64,000 nucleotides of DNA from Thermodesulfovibrionales bacterium (GTDB lineage: Bacteria > Nitrospirota > Thermodesulfovibrionia > Thermodesulfovibrionales > UBA9159). The stretch is taken from contig DASRZP010000063.1 in assembly GCA_035686305.1 (NCBI GenBank), forward strand, positions 4,396 to 68,395. Reading direction: 5' to 3'. Below are positions 19,119 through 29,987 of the stretch, piece after piece. The position numbers and the translations under genes are program-made. Numbering within the stretch: the first letter of the stretch is position 1; each line of letters opens with the position of its first letter. Under the pieces are notes generated by a model. That model was not told the origin of the DNA. It ran no database searches and saw only the letters and a program-made list of their open reading frames with translations.

Positions 19119-20229
19119 ATGCTGCTCTTTGACGAAATCAAACAGGAAATCATAACTCTTAGGACGAAGACCGAAGCCCTCAGAGGTTATCTTTGATGTA
19201 GCTGCCCTCAGAGAAGATATCGCCCGCGTACAGAAGGACCTCTCATCAGAAACCTCATGGTCCTCGCCTGCGAAGCTTCACAGCCTTCAGAAGAAGAAAT
19301 CGGTGATCGAGGACATCCTTCTTCCTTTTGAGGCCCTCGATGACAAACTCTCATATATCGAAGAATCGATGGATATCCTCCAGGAAGAAGAGGGAGAGAT
19401 GTTCCTCGCTGATATTCATGGTGAAATCAATGAGATCAGCGAATCACTTCAGAACATCGAAATGAGACATCTCCTTTCAGGGGAGGTGGACAGAAACAAC
19501 GCAATCCTCGCAATTCACCCGGGCGCTGGCGGTACCGAGAGCCAGGATTGGGCACAGATGCTCATGAGACTCTATCTTAAGTGGTCAGAAAAGCGCGGCT
19601 TTGAGACGCACATTGCTGACCTCCAGCCCGGTGAGGAGGCAGGGATCAAGAGCGTCACTATGACGGTGAACGGCCCTTATGCCTACGGCTACCTCAAGGC
19701 AGAGGCAGGTGTTCACAGACTCGTCAGGATATCTCCCTTTGACGCAAACAAGAGAAGACATACATCCTTCTCCGCGGTCTTTGTTTATCCCGATCTTGAA
19801 GAGGACATCAATGTCGAAGTAAATGATGACGACATGCGCATCGATACGTACAGGGCATCAGGAGCCGGTGGACAGCACGTAAACAAGACGTCGTCGGCTA
19901 TACGGATAACCCATATCCCTACAGGAATTGTCGTGACCTGCCAAAACGAGAGATCACAACACAAGAATAAGGCGATGGCCCTCAAGATACTCAAGGCAAA
20001 GCTCTATGACCTCCAACTCCGTGAACAGGAAAAGAAGATGGAGGGACTTGTGGGAGATAAGCGGGATATTGCCTGGGGTAGCCAGATTCGGTCCTACGTC
20101 CTTCAGCCTTACCGATTGGTCAAAGACCATAGAACGGGTATTGAGGTTGGAAATGTCGATGCCGTCCTTGACGGGGGGATTGACGTTTTTATCGACGCCT
20201 ATCTGAGAGAGAAAAGCAAAAAGATGTAA
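19119..20229 (+). CDS. prfB: peptide chain release factor 2, with programmed +1 frameshift
   Basis: Frame 0 runs from ATG 19119 (MLLFDEIKQEIITLRTKTEALRGYL) to TGA at 19194. The +1 frame continues DVAALREDIARVQKDL... into the track ORF 19303..20229. SPF motif (ISPFDANKRRHTSF) and GGQ motif (GAGGQHVNKTSSA) are present. Confidence 0.9.
19182..19197 (+). other. prfB +1 frameshift site
   Basis: AGAGGT TAT CTT TGA T. This parallels the classical RF2 site AGGGGG TAT CTT TGA C: an SD-like element, a CUU slippery codon, and an in-frame UGA. Confidence 0.85.
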
Positions 20230-20433
20230 CCTCTCTTCTTCTTTTTTAACTATAAATCAGTTGTAGTAGAAAAGTCTGTTAGTATGTTGAAAAGATATGA
20301 AGATGGAGGAACGAAGAGGATGGGGAAACTTTTTCTCGGGTGAAGAGACGGGAAGAATTTGTTCTTTCTGGTGAAGGGGACAAGAACTTCCCGTTCCGTT
20401 AACAGCCTTTCCACAGGAAAAGACTGATTCGCC

Positions 20434-20462
20434 TTGATATGGATGGACATATGAGGTATAAT
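20434..20462 (+). promoter_or_regulatory. sigma70-type promoter upstream of dnaA
   Basis: TTGATA (20434..20439), a 17-nt spacer, then TATAAT (20457..20462). It lies about 100 nt upstream of the dnaA ATG. Confidence 0.5.
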
Positions 20463-20480
20463 ACGAAACCCTCTCAAAGG

Positions 20481-20517
20481 AAGTTATTAACATACGTTAA
20501 TAACTTGTTAATAAAAG
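20481..20517. repeat. AT-rich palindrome plus a third half-site in the dnaA leader
   Basis: AAGTTATTAAC-ATAC-GTTAATAACTT is a perfect 11-bp inverted repeat. It is immediately followed by GTTAATAAAAG. Confidence 0.8.
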
Positions 20518-20562
20518 AACCCAGGCACGGTACATTGAGAGATTTTTGTTGACACCACAGAT

Positions 20563-21894
20563 ATGTCCTTAGAAGATATTTGGAACAAGAGCCTTGCCAT
20601 GGTCGAAAAGAAGGTCGGTCTCAGCACCTTCGAACTCTGGTTCAAGCCTATGAAACTCACCCAGTTGAAGGATCAAACCGCCGTCCTTGAGATCCCGAAC
20701 AGGTTCTTTAAGGAATGGATAGACGACTACTACCCTCATCTCGTCAGCGAGGCAGTCGAGGGAATAGTGGGTCATCCTGTAACGGTGAAGTTCAAGATAG
20801 CAGAAAAGGTCGATGCCGAAATCAAGAAGATGGACGCAAGGCTCGAAGGCCGGAAGCAGCGCCTTGCGAGCAAGGGGATCTACCTCAATCCGAAGTATAC
20901 CTTTGAGAGCTTCATCATGGGTCCGAGCAACCAGTTCGCTCATGCCGCTGCCACAGCGGTAGCGGAAAACCCCGGTATGTCCTACAATCCTCTCTTTGTT
21001 TACGGGGGAGTCGGGCTCGGAAAGACCCACCTCATTACCGCGATAGGGAACAGGGTTGCCGACAAGCGCCGCGAATTCAACATCCTCTATGTTTCAGCAG
21101 AGCAGTTTACCAACGAAGTCGTAGCTGCGGTCAGACATGGAAAGACGGAAGAACTGAAGGGGAGGTACCGTACCCTCGATCTCCTGCTCATCGACGATGT
21201 TCAGTTCATCGAAAACAAGAACGCGACGCAGGAAGAACTGTTCCACACGATCAACACGCTCTACGAAAGGCAGAAACAGATCGTATTGTCGAGCGACAGG
21301 CCGCCCAAAGACATAAAGGCGATTACTGACAGGTTGAGGTCACGGTTCGGTATGGGCCTCATCGCAGACATACAGCCACCTGAGCTTGAACTGAGGATGG
21401 CTATCATACAGAAGAAGGCTGAGATCGAGAGGATAATCTTGACGGAAGAGGTATCGCAGTTCCTTGCCATGAAGATAAAGTCGAATATCAGAGAGCTTGA
21501 GGGTTGTCTCATAAGGCTTGGAGCCCATGGCTCGCTGACGGGCTCCCCCATCGATGTGGCGATGGCAAGGGAAGTTCTGAGGGATATCATCTCAGATGAT
21601 GACCGACCCGTGACGGTGGAGCATATCCAGAAGACCGTTGCGGACTTCTATGGGATAAAGGCTCAGGACATGAAGTCGAAAAAGAGGACAAAAGAGATCG
21701 CTCTGCCCCGGCAGGTTGCGATGTATATCTCAAAGAAATGTACTGAGGGATCGCTCAATGATATCGGTAAGAATTTCGGAGGGAAAGACCATGCAACGGT
21801 CATCTACGCCTGCAAGCAGATTGAAGAGAGAAGAGAAAAAGACGAAGAGTTTAGCCGGAAGATTGAAGGTCTCATCAACAAGATAAAGACATAA
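20563..21894 (+). CDS. dnaA: chromosomal replication initiator DnaA
   Basis: AAA+ Walker A GGVGLGKTHL, Walker B LLLIDDVQF, and C-terminal DNA-binding domain LPRQVAMYISK...GGKDHATVIYACKQI. Confidence 0.95.
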   Translation: MSLEDIWNKSLAMVEKKVGLSTFELWFKPMKLTQLKDQTAVLEIPNRFFKEWIDDYYPHLVSEAVEGIVGHPVTVKFKIAEKVDAEIKKMDARLEGRKQRLASKGIYLNPKYTFESFIMGPSNQFAHAAATAVAENPGMSYNPLFVYGGVGLGKTHLITAIGNRVADKRREFNILYVSAEQFTNEVVAAVRHGKTEELKGRYRTLDLLLIDDVQFIENKNATQEELFHTINTLYERQKQIVLSSDRPPKDIKAITDRLRSRFGMGLIADIQPPELELRMAIIQKKAEIERIILTEEVSQFLAMKIKSNIRELEGCLIRLGAHGSLTGSPIDVAMAREVLRDIISDDDRPVTVEHIQKTVADFYGIKAQDMKSKKRTKEIALPRQVAMYISKKCTEGSLNDIGKNFGGKDHATVIYACKQIEERREKDEEFSRKIEGLINKIKT

Positions 21895-21906
21895 GGAGGC
21901 TCTGAG

Positions 21907-23007
21907 ATGAAGCTCAGCATTGCAAAGGACGAACTTCAGGATAAGCTGTCCAATATCCAGAACATCGTGGAGAAGCGGAATACGATGCCTATCCTGAGCC
22001 ATTTTCTCCTCGACTCCGGGAAGAAGGGCACTCACATTGTTGCCACAGACCTTCAGATCGCCATCAAAGAGCCCATCACTGCAGAAGTCCATGTCGAAGG
22101 CAAACTCTGCGTCCCTGCGCGCAAACTCTTTGAGGTAGTAAGAGAGGCGGAAGGAGACATAGCAATAGAGTCCGATGACGAGCAGTGGGTAAAGGTACTT
22201 TATGGAAAATCGAGGTTTAGGCTTGCCTGCCTCCCTCCGGCTGAGTTCCCGGCATGGCCGGGCATGGAGAGCACCGAGGAAATCAGGCTTCATACCGCTG
22301 TACTTTCGGAAATGATCGAAAAGACCCTCTTTTCCGCGGGCGAGACGGACACGAGATATACCCTGAATGGACTCTTGTTCCACATCAAGCAGGGTGATAA
22401 GAACATGACCGTTGTCGGAACAGACGGGCACCGGCTGGCCCTGATCAAAAAGGGCCTGGATAAGACAGTCCAGGAAGAAAAGAAGGTGATCATCCCCCGA
22501 AAGGCTGCTTCGGAGGTCAGGAAGTTTTTTGGGACGACTGAGACCGTCAATGCTGTCTTCGGAAAGAACCACGTACTCTTCAGATTGGGAGAGGTCCAGT
22601 TTCTCGCGAGGCTCATCGAGGGTAGCTACCCGGATTACGAAAAGGTTATACCCTCGGCAAACGAGAAGCTCTTGACCATTGAAAGGGAGCTTTTCCTCAG
22701 GGCCCTGAGGAGGGTCTCTGTGATATCGAAGGAGCGGAGCAATGCGATCAGGATGGACGTAGCCGACGGCTCGCTGACGTTCTCGTCATCGAATCCCGAT
22801 CTTGGGGAGGCAAAAGATGAGATTGGGGCGGAATACACGGGAGACCCCCTTTCCGCAGGCTTCAATGCACGGTATCTCATCGACAGCCTCAATGCGATGA
22901 CCTCTGAAAGGGTCGTCTTTGCACTCCAGGACCCTCTCAGCCCGACCCTCCTGAAGGAAGAAGGAAGCGAAGACTACCGGTGTGTGATTATGCCGATGAG
23001 GGTGTAA
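21907..23007 (+). CDS. dnaN: DNA polymerase III beta sliding clamp
   Basis: 366 aa immediately after dnaA. Typical MKLSI.KDEL N-terminus and a C-terminal ...MPMRV end. Confidence 0.95.
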   Translation: MKLSIAKDELQDKLSNIQNIVEKRNTMPILSHFLLDSGKKGTHIVATDLQIAIKEPITAEVHVEGKLCVPARKLFEVVREAEGDIAIESDDEQWVKVLYGKSRFRLACLPPAEFPAWPGMESTEEIRLHTAVLSEMIEKTLFSAGETDTRYTLNGLLFHIKQGDKNMTVVGTDGHRLALIKKGLDKTVQEEKKVIIPRKAASEVRKFFGTTETVNAVFGKNHVLFRLGEVQFLARLIEGSYPDYEKVIPSANEKLLTIERELFLRALRRVSVISKERSNAIRMDVADGSLTFSSSNPDLGEAKDEIGAEYTGDPLSAGFNARYLIDSLNAMTSERVVFALQDPLSPTLLKEEGSEDYRCVIMPMRV

Positions 23008-23042
23008 GAGCTGTCCGTGAGGAAGCCAGAATCGAAAGGTGA

Positions 23043-25529
<2,487 letters not shown>

Positions 25530-25651
25530 GGTGGTGTGGTCTGGTAGAAGAAGGAAGCGTTTGAACAGGTGGGATATGGAGGGCATAGGGCATTACATAT
25601 ATAGAGGGCGAAGTTAAAGGCCCTTCATGAAGAGAAAAGGTCGAATTTCTC

Positions 25652-25936
25652 TTGGACAGTGGAGCCACCTATTCCCTGCTTCCGTTTAAGGTGTGGCAAG
25701 CGATTGGATTAAAACCTAAGAGGGCGTTAGAATTCAGGCTTGCAGACGGCACCCCGATTAAGCGCAACGTGTCTGAATGTTATCTCACCCTCTCCCATGG
25801 CGAAGGACATACGCCCGTAATTCTGGAAGAGGAATCCGATCAGGCCCTGTTGGGCATGGTCACCCTCGAAATCCTCGGGCTCGTCTTCAATGCCTTTAGC
25901 AGAACCCTCCAGCCCATGAAGATGCTGCTGGTGTGA
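25652..25936 (+). CDS. retropepsin-like (clan AA) aspartic protease, probably 5'-truncated or decayed
   Basis: TTG-initiated 94-aa ORF whose second to fifth residues are the catalytic DSGA (LDSGATYSLLP). Protease-like sequence continues upstream in the same frame (GITYIEGEVKGPS-TGA-REKVEFL), but it is broken by TGA 25628 and TAG 25586 and has no start codon. Confidence 0.5.
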   Translation: MDSGATYSLLPFKVWQAIGLKPKRALEFRLADGTPIKRNVSECYLTLSHGEGHTPVILEEESDQALLGMVTLEILGLVFNAFSRTLQPMKMLLV

Positions 25937-25956
25937 GCGAAAAACGTTTGTCAATG

Positions 25957-26113
25957 GAAATATGGGAAGTGTCCCCCGGCGGCCTTGGGGACGTTGTTTC
26001 TAACTATGCTTTTCCGCATTGCGCCGTTCTGCCTTCTCAACTGTCCTCGTTATGCTAGTGTCAATGGTCATGTTAAAAGAGGAAAATTAAAAGAGGGACA
26101 CTTCCCATATTTC
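25957..26113. repeat. inverted pair of a 19-mer (GAAATATGGGAAGTGTCCC and its reverse complement GGGACACTTCCCATATTTC)
   Basis: Perfect 19-bp inverted repeat at 25957..25975 and 26095..26113, enclosing 119 bp. Confidence 0.85.
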
Positions 26114-26421
26114 TTTACAAATGTAAGCGGGTTGGCGGGGACGTTGTTGAATACGTTGACTTGTCTTGCTCTTAATAGAGAGGTAGCCCTATAGATGCCC
26201 GAAAAAATTTGACCTGCCCAATGCTGACATCGCCTAAACTTAGACGATTATTTGTGTAACGACAGAAATCTTCACGATGACAATTCACTTATTACGCTAT
26301 GTACATGCATCACCAATGCTGTATAATAACGCGGGTGTTGGTGCCGGTTGAAAGGGGCCACGGATAGCGTGGGTGCTTTCGTAGGTTCGAATTCGTTGGT
26401 GAAGTATAAGAGAAGATGGGG

Positions 26422-26449
26422 GACTAATTGACTAATTAGGACTAATTAG
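26422..26449 (+). repeat. short tandem repeat GACTAATT(AG) x3
   Basis: GACTAATT GACTAATTAG GACTAATTAG, directly abutting the 19-mer copy at 26449. Confidence 0.85.
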
Positions 26450-26709
26450 GGACACATCCCCTATTTCTCGTTGAGCCTGCATGAAGTATCAGCATAACAT
26501 TCCCGACATTATGCAGGCCGCCCGTAATATTCTGCCAATTATTGTTATCATTTTAGAAATGCTGAGGGCGGGCCTCACTGAAGAAGAGATGGAAGGCCAT
26601 TTGGTCTGAGGACGTTCATACAAAGCATGGGGAAGAAACTTTACAAGAGATTCATGCTCAAGTCCCCGGGAAAACCAAAGAAAGGTAAAAGGAAATAGGG
26701 ATGTGTCCC
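26449..26709. repeat. second inverted pair of the same 19-mer family, in opposite arrangement
   Basis: GGGACACATCCCCTATTTC (26449..26467) and GAAATAGGGATGTGTCCC (26692..26709). They are inverted complements apart from one G indel, and they match the first pair at 17 of 19 positions. Confidence 0.85.
26511..26609 (+). pseudogene. DUF433-like antitoxin fragment (32 codons)
   Basis: MQAARNILPIIVIILEMLRAGLTEEEMEGHLV resembles only the C-terminal helix-turn-helix part of DUF433 proteins (...ILE.L..G.s.eEi...). It is far too short to be intact. Confidence 0.35.
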
Positions 26710-26775
26710 TATTTAAACTATTTAAGACTATTACTCTTAAGTCATGCGATCTTAAGAGGAACCATTAACAAAGTG

Positions 26776-26823
26776 CGTCAAAAGACGGATGACGTCAAAA
26801 GTGATATCATCCGTCTTTTGACG
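26776..26823 (-). terminator. long stem-loop just downstream of the YHS gene (putative terminator)
   Basis: GTCAAAAGACGGATGA (26777..26792) pairs perfectly with TCATCCGTCTTTTGAC (26807..26822), with one further C:G pair outside. The loop is 14 nt. It lies 9 nt after the stop at 26832. The U-tract is only weak. Confidence 0.45.
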
Positions 26824-26831
26824 TATAGAGC

Positions 26832-27290
26832 TTATTTAGCATATTTATCTGGATTTTTCTTGAACTCATCTATGCAAGATTCGCAACAAAAATAATAACT
26901 CTTGCCTTCGTAATCGATTACAGGAGTACTTTTTGTGACTTCAAATTTGCCTTTCATCACAGGACATGTAGTAACCTTACCGATTTCACTCTGAGTAGGT
27001 TGACGAACAATTAACTCTCCAGCTGCTGCATATTTGCCAGGATTCGCTTTAAACTCTTTCACGCAAGGTTCGCAACAGAAATAGTAGCTCATACCTTTGT
27101 AATCGATTACGGGTGTACTCCTGGTGACTTCAAACTTTGAATTCATGACGGGGCAGGTTACAGTTTTGCCAATCTCACTCTGCGTGGGTTGACGCACTGC
27201 CAGTTCTTCTGCCAGTATTTTTCCCGTAATGGCAAGCATGCATACCAAGAACGTACTGACAATAATGATTGCGAAGACTCTTGTCTTCAT
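26832..27290 (-). CDS. secreted protein with two tandem YHS/TRASH-like metal-binding domains
   Basis: Signal peptide MKTRVFAIIIVSTFLVCMLAITG. Two 61-63-aa repeats follow: E-L-[AI]-VRQPTQSEIGK..TCPVM..KFEVT.STPVIDY.G.SYYFCCE.C..EFK.NP.KYA (Cys-x25-Cys-x3-Cys). I trimmed the start to ATG 27290, which has SD GGGGGA. Confidence 0.75.
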   Translation of the reverse strand: MKTRVFAIIIVSTFLVCMLAITGKILAEELAVRQPTQSEIGKTVTCPVMNSKFEVTRSTPVIDYKGMSYYFCCEPCVKEFKANPGKYAAAGELIVRQPTQSEIGKVTTCPVMKGKFEVTKSTPVIDYEGKSYYFCCESCIDEFKKNPDKYAK

Positions 27291-27688
27291 ACATCCCCCT
27301 TTCTTTAACTCGTTTGTAAACAAAATGGGCCACGCTCGCCTAAGGTCAATCCTTTGGTAGCTCGCCATTTTCCGTAAGTCCCGCCACTTTCAGTTCCCTT
27401 CTCACGGACGGGATGGTTTGGGCCGAACTCTGTTCCTCTTGATTTTCTTGTATCATGACAAAGGATTCTTGTCAAGTGAAGGAAAAGTTGACCAGCAGTG
27501 ACCGCATTCCGTAATAGGAAAACCGCGCACATCTCCGTAAAGAAGAGGACATAAAGACCAATAGGATGTCTCGATCCTCCAGTTCCCTTCTCAGTGATGA
27601 CAATCGCGTCGCGCATCTATCTTCCCCGAAATCCTTTTTTTAGCCCCTTATCAATAAAATATAATTATAGTACGTTACAATTAACTAT

Positions 27689-28768
27689 ATGCCGAGGACA
27701 GGAACAGCAATCTCGCCCCTCCATTACGGCAAGGCGCCATCATGGCTCTTCTCCAGGATGAAGGCCCTTTCCCGGGAGATTACCTATGCCATTGTCCGGG
27801 AATTCGGACAGCGGGAACTGCTTCAGCGGCTCTCTGACCCATACTGGTTCCAGGCATTGGGGTGTGTGCTCGGCTTCGACTGGCACTCCAGCGGATTGAC
27901 GACGACAGTCACCGGCGCATTGAAAGAAGGGCTCAGGGGAATGGAATCCGAGCTCGGAATCTTTATGGCCGGAGGGAAAGGCGCAGCTTCGCGGAAGACG
28001 CCCGAGCAGATCACCTTTTGTGCCGAGTTGGTCTCGATCGACCCGGCACCCATGATCTACTCCAGCAGGATGTCCGCAAAGGTGGACAATACCGCGGTGC
28101 AGGACGGGTATCAGCTCTATCACCACGTCTTCATCTTCACAGAGAAAGGCGAGTGGGCGGTGGTCCAGCAGGGGATGAACGAGCAAACCAGGCAGGCCAG
28201 GCGCTATCACTGGCTCGGCTCAGACGTAAAGGATTTCGTGGTGGAGCCGCATAAGGCTGTATGTTGCGACGCGAAGAATGAAACGCTCAATCTGGTGGCC
28301 TATGAAAGCGAAGATGCACGGCAGACGGCCACCCTCCTTTCGAAAGAGCGACCGCAAAAAGTCATGAAGGAGCTGCAGAGGATTGAGACCCTCGAACTCC
28401 CAAAACGGCATACTCTCGCTGCTGCGCTGGACGTTGATGCAAGGAGATTATACAGGACCCTGATCACAACCTATGAGAGACAGCCCGAGAACTTCGAGGC
28501 GCTCCTTGGAATAGGAGGAGTCGGTCCGAAGGCCATCAGGGCATTGAGCCTCGTCTCTGAGATAATTTACGGCAAGGCGCCAAGCTACAGAGATCCCGCC
28601 CGGTTCAGCTTCGCCCACGGCGGAAAAGACGGCACTCCTTTCCCGGTGGACAGAAGAACCTATGATAAGACAGTCGAAGTGATCGAGTCTGCAATAAAGG
28701 CATCGAAGATCGGGGACCAGGAAAAGATGGATGCTCTCAGGAGAATGGGGAAGTATTTTGAGGCGTAG
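27689..28768 (+). CDS. DUF763-family protein
   Basis: 359 aa. N-terminal LHYGKAPSWLFSRMKALSREI...DPYWFQALGCVLGFDWHSSGLTTTV matches my memory of the DUF763 signature (archaeal/bacterial, function unknown). Confidence 0.6.
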   Translation: MPRTGTAISPLHYGKAPSWLFSRMKALSREITYAIVREFGQRELLQRLSDPYWFQALGCVLGFDWHSSGLTTTVTGALKEGLRGMESELGIFMAGGKGAASRKTPEQITFCAELVSIDPAPMIYSSRMSAKVDNTAVQDGYQLYHHVFIFTEKGEWAVVQQGMNEQTRQARRYHWLGSDVKDFVVEPHKAVCCDAKNETLNLVAYESEDARQTATLLSKERPQKVMKELQRIETLELPKRHTLAAALDVDARRLYRTLITTYERQPENFEALLGIGGVGPKAIRALSLVSEIIYGKAPSYRDPARFSFAHGGKDGTPFPVDRRTYDKTVEVIESAIKASKIGDQEKMDALRRMGKYFEA

Positions 28769-28792
28769 TCTGCAGTACTTATCCATTGTCTC

Positions 28793-28820
28793 GCCGGGAA
28801 ACCGACGTGCGCTTCCCGGC
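28793..28820 (+). terminator. stem-loop after the DUF763 gene
   Basis: GCCGGGAA, a 12-nt loop, then TTCCCGGC. It lies 25 nt after the stop and has no U-tract. Confidence 0.3.
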
Positions 28821-28945
28821 AAGGGAGTGGCCCTTTGTGGCTATATAGACCTAGTCCATACAAGGGCCGGCGGCAAGCAAGACCCTGCTGATTTTTGGAT
28901 GAGTCTTCCGAGTGGCGGATATTCTTTCTTATTGTGCAGGACAGA

Positions 28946-29941
28946 TCATTCCTTGACAGGGCTCCAGGTCGCATCGGGATTATATGATTTCATCTCGCGA
29001 GCGATCTTGGTTGTCTCCGGTCCGAGGTTCTTCTGATAGACCTTTCCCTGCTGATTGACAATAAAGGTCATGATACCTGATTTCCCCCAGTTTGCGGGGA
29101 ATGCGACAAAGGCAAAGCCCGCAACCATATTGCCGTTAATAACGTAATCGTATTTTCCCCCTGCAGCATGCTTTCCCTGTTTTGTCAGGATTCTAAAATA
29201 GTAGCCGTGAAATGGTGTCGACTCTTCCCTGAAGGCTGCCTTCTTTTTCTTATACCCCTCTTTCCAGGCCTGAGCAACGAGCTCGCCGAAGGGACTCACC
29301 TCTTCTCCCGGCTTCGTCCTCCAGAAAAGACCGTTCTTCCTGCCGGGGTCGCTTCGCAATTTTTGCGCATAAGCCAGCATTCCGGTATCCTCCCAATCTT
29401 TCAGTGCATACTCCCGTTGCGCCTTCACGTATGTACGGCAGACCAGTATGGCGGTGAGCTCGTTTTCACCAATACGGCGATTGAGAATCTCTTCCTTGCC
29501 CGCTTTCGTATCGAAAAACCACTGATCACCCTTTCTGGCAATCGGGATCGGAAAGGGCCAGTTTTCATCGCCTATATAAAGGATCACCGTTGAATCATTC
29601 TCCTTGACGAGATCGGTCTTCTCTGCCAAATGCTTCGCAAATGCCTCAAGTCCGGCGGCGTGCTGCACCTCATCATCAGTGAGAAGCTCTTTTCTGGCGG
29701 GCCCGAAAATCTGGTCCAGTTCGGCCGCGTCCTTTGACTTTACAGCTTCAACCATTGCCTTCAGAGCGTCTTCTGGTGAGGCAAAGTACCGTTGGGAAGC
29801 TGCGCCGACCTCCGGCACGGTCCCCATAATGACCAAGATTGCAAAAGCCAACAACATAGAGAAGAAAGCAATCCTCCGTTCTGATCTTAATGCGGAGCCA
29901 TCGGGAATTGTCTTCATAGTCTCTTTCCTTTCATTATCCAA
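28946..29941 (-). CDS. DUF2950-family secreted protein
   Basis: Signal/TM segment FFSMLLAFAILVIMG. The C-terminal block GYYFRILTKQGKHAAGGKYDYVINGNMVAGFAFVAFPANWGKSGIMTFIVNQQGKVYQKNLG is the typical DUF2950 core. Confidence 0.7.
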   Translation of the reverse strand: MDNERKETMKTIPDGSALRSERRIAFFSMLLAFAILVIMGTVPEVGAASQRYFASPEDALKAMVEAVKSKDAAELDQIFGPARKELLTDDEVQHAAGLEAFAKHLAEKTDLVKENDSTVILYIGDENWPFPIPIARKGDQWFFDTKAGKEEILNRRIGENELTAILVCRTYVKAQREYALKDWEDTGMLAYAQKLRSDPGRKNGLFWRTKPGEEVSPFGELVAQAWKEGYKKKKAAFREESTPFHGYYFRILTKQGKHAAGGKYDYVINGNMVAGFAFVAFPANWGKSGIMTFIVNQQGKVYQKNLGPETTKIAREMKSYNPDATWSPVKE

Positions 29942-29987
29942 TCATGTTCCCTGTTTGTGTGAAGCTTTTTAAGCCAATCCGCTCCAG

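Noticed and set aside
21730-22572. 280-aa minus-strand ORF.
   Set aside because: It is antisense across the dnaA/dnaN junction, and both plus-strand genes are certain.
25628-25630. In-frame TGA in the protease-like reading frame read as selenocysteine, since selA and selB are in this window.
   Set aside because: The codon has no redox-motif context. A second in-frame stop (TAG 25586) and the lack of any start codon upstream point to decay rather than recoding. I identified no SECIS-like hairpin.
26375-26400. tRNA-like T-loop sequence AGGTTCGAATTCG, considered as a possible tRNA fragment or att site.
   Set aside because: The flanking bases cannot form a T stem or an acceptor stem, and no matching direct repeat was found.
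27305-27616. 103-aa minus-strand ORF upstream of the YHS gene.
   Set aside because: It has no SD and its sequence does not look protein-like. Its internal 'EKGT' repeat merely reflects the 14-bp DNA direct repeat. It is more likely the 5' leader or promoter region of the YHS gene.
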